DNA of 64,000 nucleotides from positions 37,896 to 101,895 of the forward strand of contig JARYMF010000007.1 of NCBI GenBank assembly GCA_029907255.1, given 5' to 3'. Positions 1-9,281 of this stretch are shown here, in pieces. The translations under genes and the position numbers were made by a program. The notes beneath the pieces were generated by a model. That model did no database searches, was not told where the DNA came from, and saw nothing but the letters and a program-made list of their open reading frames with translations. Numbering within the stretch: the first letter of the stretch is position 1; each line of letters opens with the position of its first letter. The stretch comes from Armatimonadota bacterium. Its GTDB lineage: Bacteria > Armatimonadota > UBA5829 > DTJY01.

Positions 1-381
1 GATATTGCCTATGGTAAGGGACTGACCAATGGTAACATCTATGCACTTGCAGATAAAGAATTGTTTGTTCGAGCTATCTACGAAGTATTGGTAAATGCTA
101 TTCAAGCATCCGAGGGACGGAAAGTATATGTTGATGTTGAATTAGTTCCTCCCGAAAGCCCTGAGTGGGTTCATGTATTGATAGCCGATTCTGGTCCCGG
201 GATACCGGAGGATATTTTGCTGGACATTTTCGATCCATTCTTTTCCACTCGAGAAAAAGCACAAGGGCTTGGTTTGACTATAAGCTTAGCAGTAATGCGC
301 CAGATGGGTGGGTCGGTCGAAGTAATGCACACGGGGCCAGAGGGCACCGTGATGGCAATCAAAGTGTCAGCAAGGAGGTAA
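1..381 (+). CDS. Sensor histidine kinase, C-terminal HATPase_c domain (5'-truncated by window)
   Basis: Frame is open from base 1. N-box (EVLVNAIQA), G1 (DSGPGI), F-box (FDPFFST) and G2 (GLGL) motifs are present. Confidence 0.9.
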   Translation, partial: DIAYGKGLTNGNIYALADKELFVRAIYEVLVNAIQASEGRKVYVDVELVPPESPEWVHVLIADSGPGIPEDILLDIFDPFFSTREKAQGLGLTISLAVMRQMGGSVEVMHTGPEGTVMAIKVSARR

Positions 382-385
382 GAAG

Positions 386-781
386 TTGAGCCGGGCACGA
401 ATTCTCGTTGTGGATGACGAACAGAAGCTTTGCGATATCTTAAAGGATATTCTGGAAATAGAGGGATATGAAGTTGAGATATGTTTTGATGAAGCCTCGG
501 CTTATGAAAAACTTGCCTCCAATCAGTTTGACATAGCCATTGTGGATGTCTTTATATCCAACGAGCCGTCTGGCATCTTGTTAGCTAGGCATATAGCTGA
601 GTGTTATCCAGAGACAAGCCTGATTCTAATGACTGGTTTTGCAGACGAAGCGGATATTTGCCGGGCCTTCGAGGCTGGAGCCTATGCCTGTATTACTAAG
701 CCTTTCATGCTTGACGACGTTCTTCGTGTTGTCGGAACGGTCTTAGATAATCGAGGGCAAAATCTTGCATTCGCAGCTTGA
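386..781 (+). CDS. Single-domain response regulator (receiver only)
   Basis: ILVVDDE, phosphoacceptor IVDV, MTGF and KPF motifs; AGGAGG SD before the TTG start; ends LAFAA. Confidence 0.9.
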   Translation: MSRARILVVDDEQKLCDILKDILEIEGYEVEICFDEASAYEKLASNQFDIAIVDVFISNEPSGILLARHIAECYPETSLILMTGFADEADICRAFEAGAYACITKPFMLDDVLRVVGTVLDNRGQNLAFAA

Positions 782-800
782 TTAGCTGCCTGAGAGCAGG

Positions 801-2213
801 GTGTCAAAGATGCGAATAAGAACGGAAACATTACAAAAGCAGATAGCTGGAATAGCGCCTGAGTATATAATGGGGAAAAGCGTCCTGAAAATGAGTTCTT
901 TGGAACTTCAGGAGTTTGTTCAGGCGCAGTCCATTGAAAACCCAGCTCTGGTTATAGAAGAAGTACCACAATGTCCTGTTTGTGGCCGTGACCTTTCAGA
1001 TGCCGAATGTCCTGCATGCGGTTCTCATCCACTCGATGTTTCCGGTGACCAAGTTGAATCGGACGATTGGCATGAAGAGGGGTGGTTGGCAGTCCAGCGC
1101 TCATCAGAAAGTGATACTTCGTTTGAGCCTCTTTCCGTTGTGGCATCGCCCCAATCCCTTCGTGATTATTTAAAGGAGCAAATTCGGACTAGTCTTGAGC
1201 CTGAGCTTCATGAAACTGCAGATTTCATCGTTGATGTTTTGGACGAAGACGGCTATTTGCGGGAGCCCTTAATTGATATTGCTAGTCGTTTAGGCCTTAG
1301 CGTACCTGAACTTGAGTCTGTACTTGAAAAAGTTCAAGATCTTGACCCACCTGGGATAGCTGCCCGAAGCCTTCAAGAATGCTTGCTAATTCAACTTAAG
1401 CGGTTGACAATAGCACATCCAGACCATTTTCTTGCATGTGTCATCGTCCGCGACCATTGGGATGGAGTTGTGAGAATGAGGCTCGACCAAATCGCGAAGA
1501 AGATGGGCGTATCACGGGAGCAAGTTGATGGTGCTTTCAAGTTCATACGTGAGCATCTAAACCCCCGGCCTGCAAGCATGTTTCGCGACCCATGGGAGCG
1601 TTTTGCACCACGCAACGTATGCCGAACAAGCCCTGATATTGAGGTTCGTTTGAATGCCGATGGTTTAATGGCACAAATTGTAGATCCAACGACTGGCCGC
1701 ATCGCAGTAGATCAGTTTTATGCTGACTTATATGCTGAAATGAGCCACAAGAGAAATGGTTACTCAGAATCTGACCGCGCTCATGTTCGAGAGTGCGTAC
1801 TGAAGGCTCAAGCGCTCATCGAGGCTCTTGAATTTCGAAAAGTAACGCTCCGAAAAATTGCCAATGAGCTTCTTAAGCTGCAAGCTGATTTTTTCCTTCG
1901 AGGTCCATCGGAATTAAAACCTATGACAAGAAAAGAGCTTGCTGCACGCATAGGTGTTCATGAGTCGACCGTGTGTCGAGCGATTAAGGATAAGACAATC
2001 CGACTCCCATCCGGCGAAGTTATTTCAATGGAACTCCTTTTTGACTCCGCACTTCCGGTTAAGGAGCTTGTGCGAAGTCTTGCATCTCAGCGGCTTAGCG
2101 ACAGCGAAATCGCAGCTCGGCTTAAAGAGCTAGGAATCTCCATTGCTCGCAGAACTGTAGCAAAATACCGCGAGCAACTACGGGTACCGCGCATGGAATA
2201 TCGCATTGCATAG
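801..2213 (+). CDS. rpoN: RNA polymerase sigma-54 factor with Cys4 insertion
   Basis: ENPAL region I end, DEDGYL, DPPGIAARSLQECLLIQL, HTH (VHESTVCRA) and RpoN box ARRTVAKYRE. Confidence 0.95.
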   Translation: MSKMRIRTETLQKQIAGIAPEYIMGKSVLKMSSLELQEFVQAQSIENPALVIEEVPQCPVCGRDLSDAECPACGSHPLDVSGDQVESDDWHEEGWLAVQRSSESDTSFEPLSVVASPQSLRDYLKEQIRTSLEPELHETADFIVDVLDEDGYLREPLIDIASRLGLSVPELESVLEKVQDLDPPGIAARSLQECLLIQLKRLTIAHPDHFLACVIVRDHWDGVVRMRLDQIAKKMGVSREQVDGAFKFIREHLNPRPASMFRDPWERFAPRNVCRTSPDIEVRLNADGLMAQIVDPTTGRIAVDQFYADLYAEMSHKRNGYSESDRAHVRECVLKAQALIEALEFRKVTLRKIANELLKLQADFFLRGPSELKPMTRKELAARIGVHESTVCRAIKDKTIRLPSGEVISMELLFDSALPVKELVRSLASQRLSDSEIAARLKELGISIARRTVAKYREQLRVPRMEYRIA

Positions 2214-2327
2214 GCATCTCTTCTTGCTTGCAAATCCCATCATTAATTGTTAAAGACCTCTTTTCAGCGAAAACCTCTGTAATATACTGCTCGGGCAGTA
2301 CGAGCGAAGCGCAGTAATTCTTTGCCC

Positions 2328-2343
2328 TGGCACACGAATTGCT
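2328..2343 (+). promoter_or_regulatory. Sigma-54 (-24/-12) promoter of the flgB operon
   Basis: TGGCAC-ACGAA-TTGCT matches TGGCAC-N5-TTGC; 42 nt upstream of the flgB ATG. Confidence 0.9.
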
Positions 2344-2385
2344 GTAAATACGTTGCCCATCGCATAAAGGCAGGTTGAGGTAGAT

Positions 2386-2772
2386 ATGGTACGCAGTTTC
2401 TTCTCAGATTTAACGACTGTAATGTTGGCTAAATGCTTGGATGCTTGTGGCTTAAGACAACGCGTCATTGCCAACAATATCGCAAATGTTGAGACGCCTG
2501 GCTTCACGCGCTCGGAGGTGGCTTTCGAAAGCCGTCTTAAGGAGGCGCTCGAAGCTACAAGTGAGGAGTCAGCAATAAGCCGAATTGAGAAAATCCAGCC
2601 TGAAATTATACAGGATAACATTTCGCCAGCAAGACCAAATGGGAATAACGTCTCGATCGAGAAAGAAATGGCTGATATGACGAAGAACTCAATGCAATAC
2701 GAAGCCCTTGTTCAGCTAATGAACCTCAAAGCAGCCATGATTCGCATGGCGATGAATGAAGGGAGGCGTTAG
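2386..2772 (+). CDS. flgB: Flagellar basal-body rod protein FlgB
   Basis: RQRVIANNIANVETPGF and NGNNVSIEKEM motifs. Confidence 0.95.
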   Translation: MVRSFFSDLTTVMLAKCLDACGLRQRVIANNIANVETPGFTRSEVAFESRLKEALEATSEESAISRIEKIQPEIIQDNISPARPNGNNVSIEKEMADMTKNSMQYEALVQLMNLKAAMIRMAMNEGRR

Positions 2773-2774
2773 CT

Positions 2775-3185
2775 GTGGGTAGTTTTTCCTCAATGGACAT
2801 AAGCGCATCGGGACTTTTCGCCCAACGAGTTCGCTTGGATGCTATTGCCAACAATATTGCAAACGCAATGACTACCCGTACTGAGAAAGGTGGACCATAT
2901 AAAAGGCTTGAGGTTGTTTTCAAGGCTTCAAGTGGTCAATTCGACCCCTCAAACGCGGGTGTGCAGGTGGAATCAGTTGTGGAAAGCGACGACCCACCTA
3001 AGATGATTTATGACCCCTCGCATCCCGATGCTGGGCCTGATGGAATGGTCGCCATGCCGAACGTGAATATTGTGGAGGAAATGGTGGACCTAATTAGCGC
3101 AACAAGAGCTTATGAGGCGAATATCATGGCAATTAATGCCGCACGTTCTATGATAAGCAAGGCTTTGGAGATCGGAAGAACATAA
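2775..3185 (+). CDS. flgC: Flagellar basal-body rod protein FlgC
   Basis: ISASGLFAQRVR, YDPSHPDA and MPNVNIVEEMVDLISATRAYEAN motifs. Confidence 0.95.
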   Translation: MGSFSSMDISASGLFAQRVRLDAIANNIANAMTTRTEKGGPYKRLEVVFKASSGQFDPSNAGVQVESVVESDDPPKMIYDPSHPDAGPDGMVAMPNVNIVEEMVDLISATRAYEANIMAINAARSMISKALEIGRT

Positions 3186-3194
3186 TGGGGGCAA

Positions 3195-3494
3195 GTGATA
3201 GCCATGAGGATAGAAGGAATTGGTAGTGGAATTTCAAAAAACCCGGTTTCAATAATAGAAACCACCAATAAAGATAGGAGTTTCGGGCAGTCGATAAGAG
3301 ACGCGATTTCCGAGGTAAATCGTCTTCAAACGGAAGCAGACCAGCTCGCCACAAAGCTTGCAGTAGGTGACGCTGTCGAGATACACCAGGCGATGATTGC
3401 CATGCAGAAAGCAAGCACCGCACTGCAGTTCACTGTTCAAGTTAGGAACAAGATTATAGAGGCTTATCAAGAAATTATGAGGATGCAAGTCTGA
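3195..3494 (+). CDS. fliE: Flagellar hook-basal body protein FliE
   Basis: C-terminal VRNKIIEAYQEIMRMQV; synteny. Confidence 0.95.
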   Translation: MIAMRIEGIGSGISKNPVSIIETTNKDRSFGQSIRDAISEVNRLQTEADQLATKLAVGDAVEIHQAMIAMQKASTALQFTVQVRNKIIEAYQEIMRMQV

Positions 3495-3509
3495 AGAGGT
3501 AAGTAACTA

Positions 3510-5057
3510 ATGGAGCAATTGGCTAAATTTGGTCCGTTTCAAGCTGTTGGAAAGTTTTGGAATGCCCTAACAGGCACTCAGCGTTTCATAAGTGTTATTT
3601 TTATCTCCACAAGTATAGTTTTGCTTATTGTTGTATCGGTTTTAGCTACAAGGCCAAGAATGGAGGTACTTTTTGCAGGGTTGGAATCCACCGATGCCGG
3701 CGCAATTGTTTCTAAGCTTCAGGAAAAAGGAATTCCTTATGAAATTAGTGGCGGCGGCTCTGTTATCAAAGTACCTGAGCGAAGCGTTCATGAGATGCGT
3801 TTGGCTATGGCGACTCAAGGCTTGCCTCAAGGTGGAAATGTTGGATTTGAAATCTTTGACAAGACAACCTTTGGGATGACGGAGTTTTCACAGCGCTTGA
3901 ATTACCAGCGTGCATTGCAGGGCGAACTGAGTCGAACAATTAGCCAGCTCGATATGGTTGATCAGGCAAGAGTTCATATTTCTATCCCGGAGCCAAGCGT
4001 CTTTAAGAAAGACAATAAGGAGGCGTCGGCGTCTGTGGTAGTCAAGCTGCGCCCTGGCGGGAGGTTGGAATCTGAGCAGGTAGCTGGCATAGTGCATCTT
4101 GTTGCGTCTGCAGTTTCTGGGTTAGACGCAGACCACGTGACCGTTATTGATACCCATGGCAATGTGCTCTCAGAAGCTGGTGAGTCTGAAACCGGAATTG
4201 ACCCTCGACTTAGTGCTTCTCAATCTCAGCTCAAGAGGAACTACGAACGCCAAGTTGAGAAGGACCTTCAGGCCATGCTTGACCGTGTTGTTGGGCCCAA
4301 CAAAGCAGTTGTAAAGGTAAATGCAAGGATGAACTTTGATCGCCGTGAAACAAGCAGTGAAACTTATATTCCGGTGGGAAATGGCAGAGGCATACTTTTG
4401 AGCGAAGAGCACGAAGAAGAAACGTATGGCGGCAATTCCGGGACTGTGGGCGGTGTTGTCGGAATAACGGGCAACGTTCGGCCCTCCGTTTCGAGGACCG
4501 TTGGGCAAAATGCAGGCTATTCCCGCATTCAAACAAGCAACAAATATCAGGTTTCCAAGACAACTGAGCATGTGATTAGGGCGGCTGGATCGGTGGACCA
4601 ACTTTCGGTTGCTGTAGTGCTTGATCAAAAAGTTGATGCATCGAGGATACCAGCTATTCAAAGCGCTGTTGAGGCGGCGGTTGGCGCAGATCCTAAGAGA
4701 GGTGATAGAGTAATCGTACAGAGCATACCCTTTGATGATTCCGCAACAAAACTAGAGAAAGAAATGAATGCGGCAGCCGCAAAGCAAAACTATCTGTCAA
4801 TTGGGAAAAGCATTCTTGGGGTACTCCTTCTCTTTGGATTCCTTTTCTTTTTAAAGCGGACTGTTAGTCAAATCAAGGTTAGCATTCCCGAACCACCGAT
4901 GCCATCAACTGCGTCGCCTCAGACAGCTCAGGTCATGACCGGCAAAGAATATATGACACCTCAGTCGGTTCCAAACGAGGTGGTAATACAAAGTATTGGG
5001 CAAAAGAGTCCCGAAGAAGTAGCCCAAGTTATTAAATCGTGGATTTCAAAATCGTAA
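3510..5057 (+). CDS. fliF: Flagellar MS-ring protein FliF
   Basis: Two TM segments; GFEIFD, YQRALQGELSRTI, ARVHI and ASASVVVKL motifs. Confidence 0.95.
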   Translation: MEQLAKFGPFQAVGKFWNALTGTQRFISVIFISTSIVLLIVVSVLATRPRMEVLFAGLESTDAGAIVSKLQEKGIPYEISGGGSVIKVPERSVHEMRLAMATQGLPQGGNVGFEIFDKTTFGMTEFSQRLNYQRALQGELSRTISQLDMVDQARVHISIPEPSVFKKDNKEASASVVVKLRPGGRLESEQVAGIVHLVASAVSGLDADHVTVIDTHGNVLSEAGESETGIDPRLSASQSQLKRNYERQVEKDLQAMLDRVVGPNKAVVKVNARMNFDRRETSSETYIPVGNGRGILLSEEHEEETYGGNSGTVGGVVGITGNVRPSVSRTVGQNAGYSRIQTSNKYQVSKTTEHVIRAAGSVDQLSVAVVLDQKVDASRIPAIQSAVEAAVGADPKRGDRVIVQSIPFDDSATKLEKEMNAAAAKQNYLSIGKSILGVLLLFGFLFFLKRTVSQIKVSIPEPPMPSTASPQTAQVMTGKEYMTPQSVPNEVVIQSIGQKSPEEVAQVIKSWISKS

Positions 5058-5069
5058 GGTTGGTGTGCT

Positions 5070-6128
5070 GTGACTACCCAAGATTCATTAAATGGTCTTC
5101 AAAAAGCATCTATTCTATTAATGTCGCTGGGTGCCTCTGCATCCGCGGAGATACTAAAGCACTTAAGTGAGCAAGAAATCGAGATGCTCACAAGAGCGAT
5201 TGTTCAAACTGAGCGTGTCGACCAAGAGGTCCGTGACATGGTGCTAGAAGAATTCCAGCGCGAACTTGCAGTTGCAGAGACCTCTTTGACCGGCGGCAAA
5301 GATTTTGCGGTACAAGTGCTCGAGCAGGCATTGGGCCAAGAAAAAGCAAGCAAACTTATTACACATTCGAGTAAGTCAACTTCTGGGAATACCCTACAGT
5401 CAGTTTGGGACATAGAGCCGGAAAAATTGGCAAAAACAATCGGCAATGAACACCCTCAAATTGTTTCTTTGCTACTCCTGAACCTCCCGCCAAATACTGC
5501 GGCAGGGGTACTCTCAAAGCTTGATCCAGAATATCAAGCGGAGGTAGCTACTCGCATATGTACGATGGGCGAAGTAGATCCTGGGGTCATAGCAGAAATT
5601 GAGGCTGCATTGAGGCCCAAAGAGTCAGGCGTAGCTGTTGAAGAGGTAGAGTTGTTGTCTGGCCCAGCTGCCCTTGTTGATATTCTAAATAACGTTGACC
5701 GCGTAACTGAGCGAGCCGTTCTCGAGGCAATGAACGCCAGGGATGAAGCTACGTGGCAGCAAGTTCGCAAGATGATGTTCCTATTTGAGGATATTGTTAA
5801 GCTCAGCGACAGGTCTGTACAGCTGGTGCTGAGGGAAATTGACCAGGATGACTTGCGCCTTGCTGTAAAGGGTTGTCAAGATGAAATAAAAGAAGTCATA
5901 TTTCGCAACATGTCTGAACGTGCAGTAGAGAGTTTGAAGGAAGACCTTGAATTAATGGAAAAGGTCAAGCAAAAGGATATAGACGAAGCCCAACAGCGGA
6001 TTGCCTCGGTGGTCAGGCGGATGCTGGCTAGCGGCGAAATTACGCTTGATGAAGATGAAGAGTCAGAAATGCCTGCAGAGGAATCGGTTACTGAGGGAGA
6101 CAAAGTTGAACAGCCTAATCAAAGCTAA
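5070..6128 (+). CDS. fliG: Flagellar motor switch protein FliG
   Basis: QKASILLMSLG, GGKDFA, EHPQ, MFLFEDI and NMSERA motifs. Confidence 0.95.
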   Translation: MTTQDSLNGLQKASILLMSLGASASAEILKHLSEQEIEMLTRAIVQTERVDQEVRDMVLEEFQRELAVAETSLTGGKDFAVQVLEQALGQEKASKLITHSSKSTSGNTLQSVWDIEPEKLAKTIGNEHPQIVSLLLLNLPPNTAAGVLSKLDPEYQAEVATRICTMGEVDPGVIAEIEAALRPKESGVAVEEVELLSGPAALVDILNNVDRVTERAVLEAMNARDEATWQQVRKMMFLFEDIVKLSDRSVQLVLREIDQDDLRLAVKGCQDEIKEVIFRNMSERAVESLKEDLELMEKVKQKDIDEAQQRIASVVRRMLASGEITLDEDEESEMPAEESVTEGDKVEQPNQS

Positions 6129-6789
6129 AGTAGTTGCTCAAAGTGAGCCGGTATACATTGTTGCTTGTGATACTGAAATAAAGAAGAGACGGAAAAGAAG
6201 TACTTCCTCGCCTCAGGACCAGGCTCGTGCGGTTGTGGAGAGTGCCAAAGAAGAAGCAGCACAAATTTTGGAGAATGCCAATCGCGAGGCAGAGGCAATC
6301 CGCGCTGCGGCTTACAATGAAGGCTACCAGGCTGGCCTTAGGGAGTTAAATGCTGAAAAGGAGGCTTTAGCTGAGCGGGCGGCTTTGGTAGAGAAGGAGG
6401 CAGAAAAGCAGCTTGCTGAATTTTGGGCTGAAATTGAGCCCGAATTGCTGAAGCTTGCAGTGGAAATTGCAGAGAAAATTATACGTCATGAGCTTGCAGA
6501 GAACAATAAATACGTGCTTTCAACGGTCAAGACTGCACTTTACCAGCTTCGGGACCGCAGAGAAATCAAGATAAGAGTTAACCCCAATGATTATGAGCTA
6601 GTTCGCAGTCATAAAGATGAGCTCGTTTGCTCGTTCGATGGGGTGCATGAGTTGGAAATTATCGAAGACCGTCGAGTTGATCAGGGCGGGTGCGTTATAG
6701 AGTCGGCTAACGGAGAACTAGATGCACGGATTGCCACACAGCTTGCCGAGGTAGAGCGAGCACTTATGGAGGCAGCACATAATGGCTAG
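6106..6789 (+). CDS. fliH: Flagellar assembly protein FliH
   Basis: AxxxGxxxG repeat (AYNEGYQAG), IRVNPND and GGCVIES; start placed at TTG 6106 after a GAGGGAG SD. Confidence 0.9.
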   Translation: MNSLIKAKVVAQSEPVYIVACDTEIKKRRKRSTSSPQDQARAVVESAKEEAAQILENANREAEAIRAAAYNEGYQAGLRELNAEKEALAERAALVEKEAEKQLAEFWAEIEPELLKLAVEIAEKIIRHELAENNKYVLSTVKTALYQLRDRREIKIRVNPNDYELVRSHKDELVCSFDGVHELEIIEDRRVDQGGCVIESANGELDARIATQLAEVERALMEAAHNG

Positions 6790-8122
6790 CACCATTAGAC
6801 GCCCCGACCTTCGCCGATACAGTCGGGTTGTTAGCAAGCTTAATACTATGAAACTAAACGGCAAGGTTAGCCAGGTTGTTGGCGTTGTTATCGAATCTCG
6901 TGGCCCTGCTGCCCGACTAGGTGAGGTGTGCGAGATCTATGCCAGCAGGAACGCACCTCCAGTTCTTGCTGAGGTCGTAGGTTTCAAGGAGGATTCTGTT
7001 CTCTTGATGCCTCTCGGTGACATGGATGGGATTGCTCTCGGAAGCGACGTCATTGCAAGGGGAACCTCCCTAAAGGTTAAGGTCGGCGAAGACCTGCTTG
7101 GAAGAGTACTTGACGGACTTGGAAGGCCAATTGACGGTGGCGGGCCGATTACAGTAGAGAACGAGCTTCTTGTTAATAGAATGCCGCCGCCTGCTCTTGA
7201 ACGCCGGCGGATTCAAGAACGCTTGGCATTTGGAATAAGAGCGATTGATGGTCCTTTGGTTTGCGGCAGAGGCCAAAGGATAGGAATATTCGCAGGCAGT
7301 GGAGTGGGGAAAAGTACGCTTCTCGGTATGATTGCACGAAACACAGAAGCTGATGTGAACGTGATTGCTTTGGTAGGCGAGCGTGGCCGCGAGGTGCGGG
7401 ATTTCCTTGAAAAGGATCTTGGGCCGGAAGGTCTTGCTAGGTCGGTTGTTGTCGTTGCAACGTCAGACCAAAATGCAGTTGTCCGCTTGAAGGGTGCTTT
7501 GGTAGCTACGACAATCGCGGAGTATTTTCGCGACAAAGGAAAAGAAGTCATGCTTATGATGGATTCGATTACAAGAGTTGCTTGGGCACAGCGTGAGATA
7601 GGTTTAGCAGTTGGTGAGCCACCAACAACAAGGGGATACACGCCGTCGGTTTTCGCTTTGCTACCGAAGCTATTGGAACGTTCTGGGACCGCAGCCGTAG
7701 GTTCAATCACAGGTTTGTATACAGTTCTTGTGGAAGGCGACGATATGAACGAGCCAGTTGCGGATTCTGTAAGGAGCATACTTGACGGTCACATTGTGCT
7801 TTCGAGGGACCTGGCAAATCGAAACCACTATCCTGCAATTGATGTGCTTGCAAGTGTTAGTAGGCTGATGCCGGACATAGCCTCAAAGGAGCATTTGGAG
7901 GCAGCCGGTAAGTTAAGAGATTTACTAGCAACCTATCGGTCGGCTGAGGACCTAATCAACATAGGCGCGTATGTTGATGGTAGCAACCCAAAGATTGACG
8001 AGGCTAAACGCAAGATAGATGATGTGAATAATTTTCTTATACAGGGCACATATGAGGATGCTCCGTTTGATGAGACAGTATCTGCATTAGTAAACCTTAT
8101 AAGGAGTGAGGAAAAGGCATAA
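6782..8122 (+). CDS. fliI: Flagellar export ATPase FliI
   Basis: Walker A GSGVGKS, GERGREV, MMDSITR and LDGHIVLSR motifs. Confidence 0.97.
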   Translation: MASTIRRPDLRRYSRVVSKLNTMKLNGKVSQVVGVVIESRGPAARLGEVCEIYASRNAPPVLAEVVGFKEDSVLLMPLGDMDGIALGSDVIARGTSLKVKVGEDLLGRVLDGLGRPIDGGGPITVENELLVNRMPPPALERRRIQERLAFGIRAIDGPLVCGRGQRIGIFAGSGVGKSTLLGMIARNTEADVNVIALVGERGREVRDFLEKDLGPEGLARSVVVVATSDQNAVVRLKGALVATTIAEYFRDKGKEVMLMMDSITRVAWAQREIGLAVGEPPTTRGYTPSVFALLPKLLERSGTAAVGSITGLYTVLVEGDDMNEPVADSVRSILDGHIVLSRDLANRNHYPAIDVLASVSRLMPDIASKEHLEAAGKLRDLLATYRSAEDLINIGAYVDGSNPKIDEAKRKIDDVNNFLIQGTYEDAPFDETVSALVNLIRSEEKA

Positions 8123-8184
8123 GCAAGGAGTTATCCGTAAGCCGAAAAATGATAACGCTTTCTTCAAACGCTAGGTGATAAGTT

Positions 8185-8661
8185 ATGAAAAGCTTTCGGT
8201 TTAATCTCCAGAAGGTTCTTAACTACCGTGAGAATGTGGAAGAAATCCTTTTAGCTGAATTGGCAGCAATTAGGGCGGCATATGACCGTGAGCTTGGACG
8301 GCTGAGCGAAATCACTGCTGCGAGGGATATGTTTCATGATGCAATGAAGAGAGAGCTTGCATATGGGGATCCTGAGTACATCCGGAGGGCTTATCACTAC
8401 CTTCAGGACTTGTCAAAGCAAGTTGATGCTCAGCAGATTACGGTACACAGACTTGCCATTGAGAAGGAAGCGAAAACAGCGGAGGTTATTAAGGCATCTC
8501 AGGATCGAAAAATATTGGAGAAGTTGCGTGAGTATAAAGCGGCCGAGCATAAACAAGAGTCGCTCAGGGAGGAACAGAAGTTCCTGGATGAAGTTGCTGG
8601 AAATAAATACATGCGAAGACGAGCAGCGAAAAGATCCATGGGGTGGAAAAATGAATCTTGA
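8185..8661 (+). CDS. fliJ: Flagellar export protein FliJ
   Basis: FRFNLQKVLNYRE start, coiled coil, EQKFLDE; follows fliI. Confidence 0.9.
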   Translation: MKSFRFNLQKVLNYRENVEEILLAELAAIRAAYDRELGRLSEITAARDMFHDAMKRELAYGDPEYIRRAYHYLQDLSKQVDAQQITVHRLAIEKEAKTAEVIKASQDRKILEKLREYKAAEHKQESLREEQKFLDEVAGNKYMRRRAAKRSMGWKNES

Positions 8662-9178
8662 AAACGTTGAAGCTGTGAAAGCCCGAATAGCAGAAATTCG
8701 CAAACGATTTGTGGACCCAGTGGAAAGATTTTCTCAATCGTCGCATTGTGCGTTTGAATGTTTCCTCAAGCGTGCCAAGATTTCCAATGTGCCAGTTTGC
8801 CCAGAGGATTTAGAGCCGCTAATTAATCAAGCTGCTGAAAAATATGGCATTGATTCCTCAATAATCAAGGCAATTATCAGTGTGGAATCGGGGTTTTCTC
8901 AGTCAGCGGTATCGAGGGTTGGGGCAGTAGGTTTGATGCAGCTTATGCCTGGTACTGCTCGTGCTCTCGGTGTTGACCCAAGCGATCCAGCGCAGAATAT
9001 AGACGGCGGGACCAGGTATCTTAGGCAGCAGCTTGATCGTTTTGGAACATTGGAAAAAGCATTGGCGGCATATAACGCTGGTCCTGGCGCAGTTTTAAGG
9101 TATGGTGGAATTCCACCATACACGGAAACTCGAAACTACGTTGAGGCTGTGTTGGGAAGGATTGATTTTTATCGCTAG
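8651..9178 (+). CDS. Lytic transglycosylase (SLT domain), flagellum-associated
   Basis: VESGF catalytic Glu, GLMQLMP, AAYNAG and ETRNYV motifs; ATG 8651 chosen as start. Confidence 0.9.
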   Translation: MNLENVEAVKARIAEIRKRFVDPVERFSQSSHCAFECFLKRAKISNVPVCPEDLEPLINQAAEKYGIDSSIIKAIISVESGFSQSAVSRVGAVGLMQLMPGTARALGVDPSDPAQNIDGGTRYLRQQLDRFGTLEKALAAYNAGPGAVLRYGGIPPYTETRNYVEAVLGRIDFYR

Positions 9179-9182
9179 TTAG

Positions 9183-9227
9183 TTTTTGGCAGGGGTTGTT
9201 CTGGCTTAATGACCACTGCCCAAAAAA
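9183..9227. other. Imperfect inverted repeat between slt and fliK
   Basis: TTTTTGGCAGGGGTTGTT...AATGACCACTGCCCAAAAAAA can fold into a long hairpin. Confidence 0.5.
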
Positions 9228-9281
9228 ATAAACGAAGGGAGGTAAAGCATCATAAAGGAAATAGCGAGTACACTTAACGAA

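Noticed and set aside
6001..6105. Long N-terminal extensions of fliH (from 6001), slt (from 8357) and fliO (from 17801) in the ORF track
   Set aside because: They overlap upstream genes extensively; downstream starts fit the gene packing better.
8120..8148. Possible internal sigma28 promoter before fliJ (TAAG...GCCGAAAA)
   Set aside because: The 17-nt spacer is longer than in the two better promoters and the -35 is weak.
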